DNA of 64,000 bases, taken from contig CAVVPN010000003.1 in assembly GCA_963750165.1 (NCBI GenBank), positions 992,001-1,056,000 on the forward strand. Reading direction: 5' to 3'. Below the pieces are notes generated by a model. It saw nothing but the letters and a program-made list of their open reading frames with translations, made no database searches and was not told where the DNA came from. Source of the stretch: an uncultured Gemmataceae bacterium (GTDB taxonomy: Bacteria; Planctomycetota; Planctomycetia; Gemmatales; Gemmataceae). The translations under genes and the position numbers were made by a program. Below, in pieces: positions 60,153-64,000 of this stretch. Numbering within the stretch: position 1 is the stretch's first letter; every line of letters begins with the position of its first letter.

Positions 60153-60647
60153 ATGACAAACGCACGATGGTGGTGGGCGGCGGTGCTGCTGGTGGTGCTG
60201 GCGGGCGGTTCCGGGCCGGCGGCGGCGCAGGGCAAGCCGACGACCTGGAAGGATGGCAAACTGGAGATCCAGTTCCCGGGCGAGCCCAGGGAGGGCAAGA
60301 ACAAGCTGGAGATGCAAAAGGGCCTGAAGACCATCTACCTGGCGACCTTCAACGAGATCCCGAACATCGCCAAGGCTGACGCGGCCCAGAAAAAGCTGAT
60401 CATCGACAGCACCCGTAACAGCCTGGAAAAGGCCCTCAAGGGCAAGCTGCTCAGCGAAAAGAACATCAAGGCGGGCGACGTGACGGGCCGGGAGTTCCAG
60501 GTGGAATCGGCCGCCGTGGGCATTTACCGCACCCGGGTGTTCCTCCACGGCAACCGGCTTTACCAGTTCGTGGTGACCGGCGACAAGAGCGTGGTGACCG
60601 GCAAGGACGCGGAAACGTTTTTCAAGTCGATCAAGTTCATGAAGTGA
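60153..60647 (+). CDS. Secreted hypothetical protein (PsbP/DcrB-like fold possible)
   Basis: Signal peptide; FPGEP, GREF, RLYQ, FFKSIK. Confidence 0.78.
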   Translation: MTNARWWWAAVLLVVLAGGSGPAAAQGKPTTWKDGKLEIQFPGEPREGKNKLEMQKGLKTIYLATFNEIPNIAKADAAQKKLIIDSTRNSLEKALKGKLLSEKNIKAGDVTGREFQVESAAVGIYRTRVFLHGNRLYQFVVTGDKSVVTGKDAETFFKSIKFMK

Positions 60648-60663
60648 CCCCCGATGGTCTTTC

Positions 60664-60695
60664 CGGCGGCGTGACGGCGAACCGTCACGCCGCCG
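60664..60695. terminator. Hairpin between convergent genes
   Basis: CGGCGGCGTGACGG-CGAA-CCGTCACGCCGCCG perfect 14-bp stem. Confidence 0.65.
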
Positions 60696-60696
60696 T

Positions 60697-60984
60697 TCAG
60701 CGCGCGACCCGGAAGTCCGCGTGGGCGCCCGTCGGCGGCCGGTCCTCCACTTCCTCATCCTCAATGTAATCCTCCCAGTAGGTGCGCACCGCGTCCAGGA
60801 AGCGCGCCACCGCGTCCGCCGCCCCTTCCGCGAACAGCTCGACCCGGCCGTCGGGCAGGTTGCGCACCCAGCCCGTGACCGGGTGATCGTGGGCCAGCCC
60901 CGCCACCGTCGCGCGGAAGCCGACGCCCTGCACCCGCCCCGTGTAGCGCACCAGGCGCGCGACGGGCTCGCTGGCGATGCTCAT
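60697..60984 (-). CDS. acyP: Acylphosphatase
   Basis: GRVQGVGFR and GWVRNLPDGRVE. Confidence 0.93.
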   Translation of the reverse strand: MSIASEPVARLVRYTGRVQGVGFRATVAGLAHDHPVTGWVRNLPDGRVELFAEGAADAVARFLDAVRTYWEDYIEDEEVEDRPPTGAHADFRVAR

Positions 60985-61012
60985 GTCGTTGCCCTCCCAC
61001 ACGAAACCGGGT

Positions 61013-62591
61013 CTACGGCGCGTGCTGGTGAATGATCTCGCACAGCCGCCCGAGCACACGGCCCTCGCGCGCCGGTGTCACGCCCTGTGGCAGCGGCACC
61101 TGATTGACGAACATCGCGAAGTTCAGCCGTCGGCCGCGCGCGGTCGTCATGGTGCCGGCCAGCGCCTTGCTCGTCAGCAGCACGCGGCCGTTGAGCAAAT
61201 CCTGCCAGGCATACGTGCCGGTCTTCGCCTTCACCTGGCCGCGCGCCGGGCTGTTGGGCCCGACCACGTCCGCCAGGGTGCCATCCACGCCCAGCACCGG
61301 CAGCGCCGCCTCGTACGCCTTGTACTCCGGCCGCTTGGCCATCGCCTGCAACAGCTGCACGGTCGCCCGCGCCGTTACGTAGTCCGCCCCGGCGCCGCCC
61401 GCGCCGCCGCCGAACGAGATCGTCTTCGTGTCCACGCCCAGCTTCTTCAAAAAGTCGCGCTGCAGCCGCAGGCCGTCCGTCAGCGTGCCGCTTGCCGTGT
61501 TTGGCCGCCACCAGCAGCGGCAGCGTGCTGGCGTAGAGATTGTGGCTCACCTTGAGCGTCACCTTCGCGACCTCCGCGAACGGCGGCGATTTGTACAGGG
61601 CGACACGCTCCAGTTTGGCGTAGCTCGCCGGCTCCGGCAGGTCCGCCCGCGGCGCCTGCAGGGCGCTGGCGGCGACGGTCACGCCCTGCTGCCGCAGCGC
61701 ATCGATGAACAGCGCCCGCGCGAAAGCGGCCGGATCCTCGACGTGATAGATGCGCACCTGCGGCTTCGCCTTGACGCCGATCTGGCCGCGCACCGTGAAG
61801 CGGTCGCCGCCCAGCGCCTTGATTTCAATTTTGCTCGCGGCGCCGGCGACAGTCTGCACCTGGGCGTCCATGCGCACGAAGTCCGTTTCCGGCCGCATGC
61901 GCACCTGGGCGGCGGCACCGGCCTTGGCGGCGGGCGTCACGATCACGTCGATGACGTTGTCGTTGACGACGATGGGCGTCACGATAGTCGGGCCGCTGCC
62001 GCTGGACTTGCTGCGCTCGAACAGCCGTTCGTCGATGAGCACGTCGCCCTCGACGTGCTTGATGCCGTGCGCCGCCACCTGTTTGGCCAGCGCTTTCAGG
62101 CCGGCCAGCGGGTCGGTGTCGGTCAGGCAGTCGGTGGTGCTGCCGGCGCTCGCGTAGGTGTGATCCTTGTCGCGGAAGACCAGTTTGCCCTGCGCGTCGG
62201 TGCGGCCGCCGAGCGTCACGTCGCCGGAGGCCACCAGGATCAGATCGCCCTTGAGTCGGCCGTCCTTGACGGTGCCGCGGGCGTACACTGGCGTCTCGAA
62301 GAGGAAATCGACGCCGAGCAGGCACAGCGCCGCGGCCACGGAGAACAGCTTCGTCACCGACGCGGGCAGCAGCATACGGTCGGCGTTGTGGCTGTAAACG
62401 ACCTCGCCAGTCCTGGCGTCGGTCACCAGGATGCCCCAGTGCGATTGACGGTAATCGGGACCGTTGAGGACCGTGTCGAGGCGCGCCGACCACTGCTTCG
62501 CCTGCTGCCGGGCCGCGACCGTCGGCACAAGTTGCAGGCAGACCAGGGCCAGCGTCAGGTACACGAACGGGCCGCGCCGCAAGCGAGTCAT
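61013..62591 (-). CDS. dacB: D-alanyl-D-alanine carboxypeptidase/endopeptidase (PBP4, S13); apparent frameshift near 61490
   Basis: PASVTK (SxxK), GDLILVASGD, SHNLYA (SxN), second frame GVDGTL and AKTGT (KTG). Confidence 0.9.
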
Positions 62592-63037
62592 GGAGGAGCC
62601 TCCCTTATCTGGGATTGGAACCGTCACCACCGGTGCGGTAGTCAACATAAGGCCCGGCGGCCGGGGATCAAGTCTCGACCTTTAACGCGATTCCCGCAGG
62701 GCAGGCGCACACGACGTGTTGTGGTCCACGTGCCCCGCTCGCCAGCCGCGCGTGACGTTTCGCCCGGCTCGCAGCGTTTCCCCAGGCGGCAAGGTTTGCG
62801 CCGTTTCGAGCCGTTGGCTACTTTATGGGGGCACCGGACTATTCCCCAGGCGGCCGGAAGCGCATCGGCTGCGAAGGAAGGCCAACCGGTCCCCCGCGGC
62901 GGCGAAGTTCGCGAGAACTGACCGCCGGCGGTGCGTTCACGGCGGCGGCCGTGCCGATGGTTGATGTGGGAGGAGCGCCGCCCCGAGCTTCCACCAGCGC
63001 CGGGGCGACTGGTCCCTCCCGAACAAGGGATGCACTC

Positions 63038-63346
63038 ATGATTCCGCTCGCGATCCAGCTGACCGACCAGCCTGACGGCGACCTCTGCGGTCTGTGCGGC
63101 GAACACGACGCCGGCCGCCCGGGGCCGCGGTTGTGTCTGGCCGACACCTGGCACAATGTCTGCCGCCGCTGTGGTCAGGCACACGCCCCGGCGCTGCTGG
63201 CGCTGCTCGACCTGGCCCGCGTCGCCGAACAGGTTGGCCACATCGGCCGCCACACGCTGGTGCCGCCCCTGAGTGCCCTGCTCGACCTCAACCGGGCCGC
63301 CGAACACTACCTCGACGCCCGCCAGCCCAGCCGCCACGCCGCCTGA
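63038..63346 (+). CDS. Small hypothetical protein with two CxxC pairs
   Basis: AAGGGA RBS; CGLC...CRRC; GC3-biased codons. Confidence 0.6.
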   Translation: MIPLAIQLTDQPDGDLCGLCGEHDAGRPGPRLCLADTWHNVCRRCGQAHAPALLALLDLARVAEQVGHIGRHTLVPPLSALLDLNRAAEHYLDARQPSRHAA

Positions 63347-63594
63347 CCGCCCCACCCCGAAGCCCTGAGCCAACTGGCACAACCCGCGGCACCCGTAGCT
63401 TTACAGGCCCGCGGAGTTTTTCCGGTTCCCGGTGACCGGCCACGGCCAAACTTGAGACCTGTATCGGGCCGATCAACCTTATCGGCAACGGACTCGCTTT
63501 CCGAAGTTGCCGTGACGCACGCCTGCCCCGCGTCTGCCGGGAAAAATCCGTTCCGTGACCCTGCCACCTGGCTCCAACACCTGGGGGTTGCCGC

Positions 63595-64000
63595 ATGATG
63601 AAACGCCGGCCTGGCTTTTTCGCTCCCACCCTGGAAACGCTCGAGGACCGCGTCACGCCTTCGTCCGCACCTCTGGTCTCGGAGTCCTTCGACACCACCG
63701 CCCTGGGCGCGTTGCCCGCGGGCTGGTCGCAGTGGCAGAACGCAGGCGGCCCGCAATTCGCGGTCGATAACCAGTACGCCCTCAGCCCCAGCCAGGGCCT
63801 GAGTTCGACGGCCACCATCTCCTGGGCGTCCGCCCGCGCCTGGGTCAACCAGTCCTTCAGCCCGAACATCGAGGTCAGCGCCGCGGTGTACACCAACAGC
63901 GCCATCCCGGTGCAGCTCCTGGCCCGCGGCTCGAATCTGAACACCGGCAACGGCAGTTATTACGCCCTGTCGGTCAAGGAAGGGCTGGAGGTCAAGCTGC
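63595..64000 (+). CDS. 5' end of a planctomycete extracellular protein (LEPRxLL-like motif); runs off the window
   Basis: Open to the window end: MMKRRPGFFAPTLETLEDRVTPSSAPLVSESFD...; absent from the ORF track because it has no stop. Confidence 0.8.
   Translation, partial: MMKRRPGFFAPTLETLEDRVTPSSAPLVSESFDTTALGALPAGWSQWQNAGGPQFAVDNQYALSPSQGLSSTATISWASARAWVNQSFSPNIEVSAAVYTNSAIPVQLLARGSNLNTGNGSYYALSVKEGLEVKL

Noticed and set aside
63347..63594. c-di-GMP riboswitch ahead of the extracellular protein gene
   Set aside because: I could not match the consensus elements by eye. An Rfam scan would settle it.

Overview
GC-rich bacterial chromosomal segment, almost certainly Planctomycetota and probably Gemmataceae. 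This is inferred from DUF1501, DUF3500 and DUF4058 genes, a PVC-type CxxCH heme protein, a DALGDPLP-type WD40 protein and an LEDRxxP extracellular protein. About 45 CDS. Housekeeping genes: metG, htpG, aspS, class V aminotransferase-serA, an RluA-family gene, recN, 5-formyl-THF cyclo-ligase, acylphosphatase, dacB. Other loci: a CBS-korA-korB-CBS operon, a pilM-led three-gene operon, a DUF433/DUF5615 toxin-antitoxin pair, an orphan flavin-dependent halogenase-like gene, and many secreted or repeat proteins. Eight apparent frameshifts in six conserved genes look like read-consensus indel errors. No rRNA, tRNA, CRISPR array or transposase was recognised. The most unusual signal is non-coding: many intergenic regions carry palindromic repeats from many families, often nested. 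These include a roughly 150-180 bp MITE-like shell with GAGCGGTTC...GAACCGC ends that carries different cargo at different sites (a TA duplication is visible at one site), and a dispersed 148-nt element whose terminal hairpin shows compensatory base changes. All family assignments come from motif recognition by eye, not from database searches.
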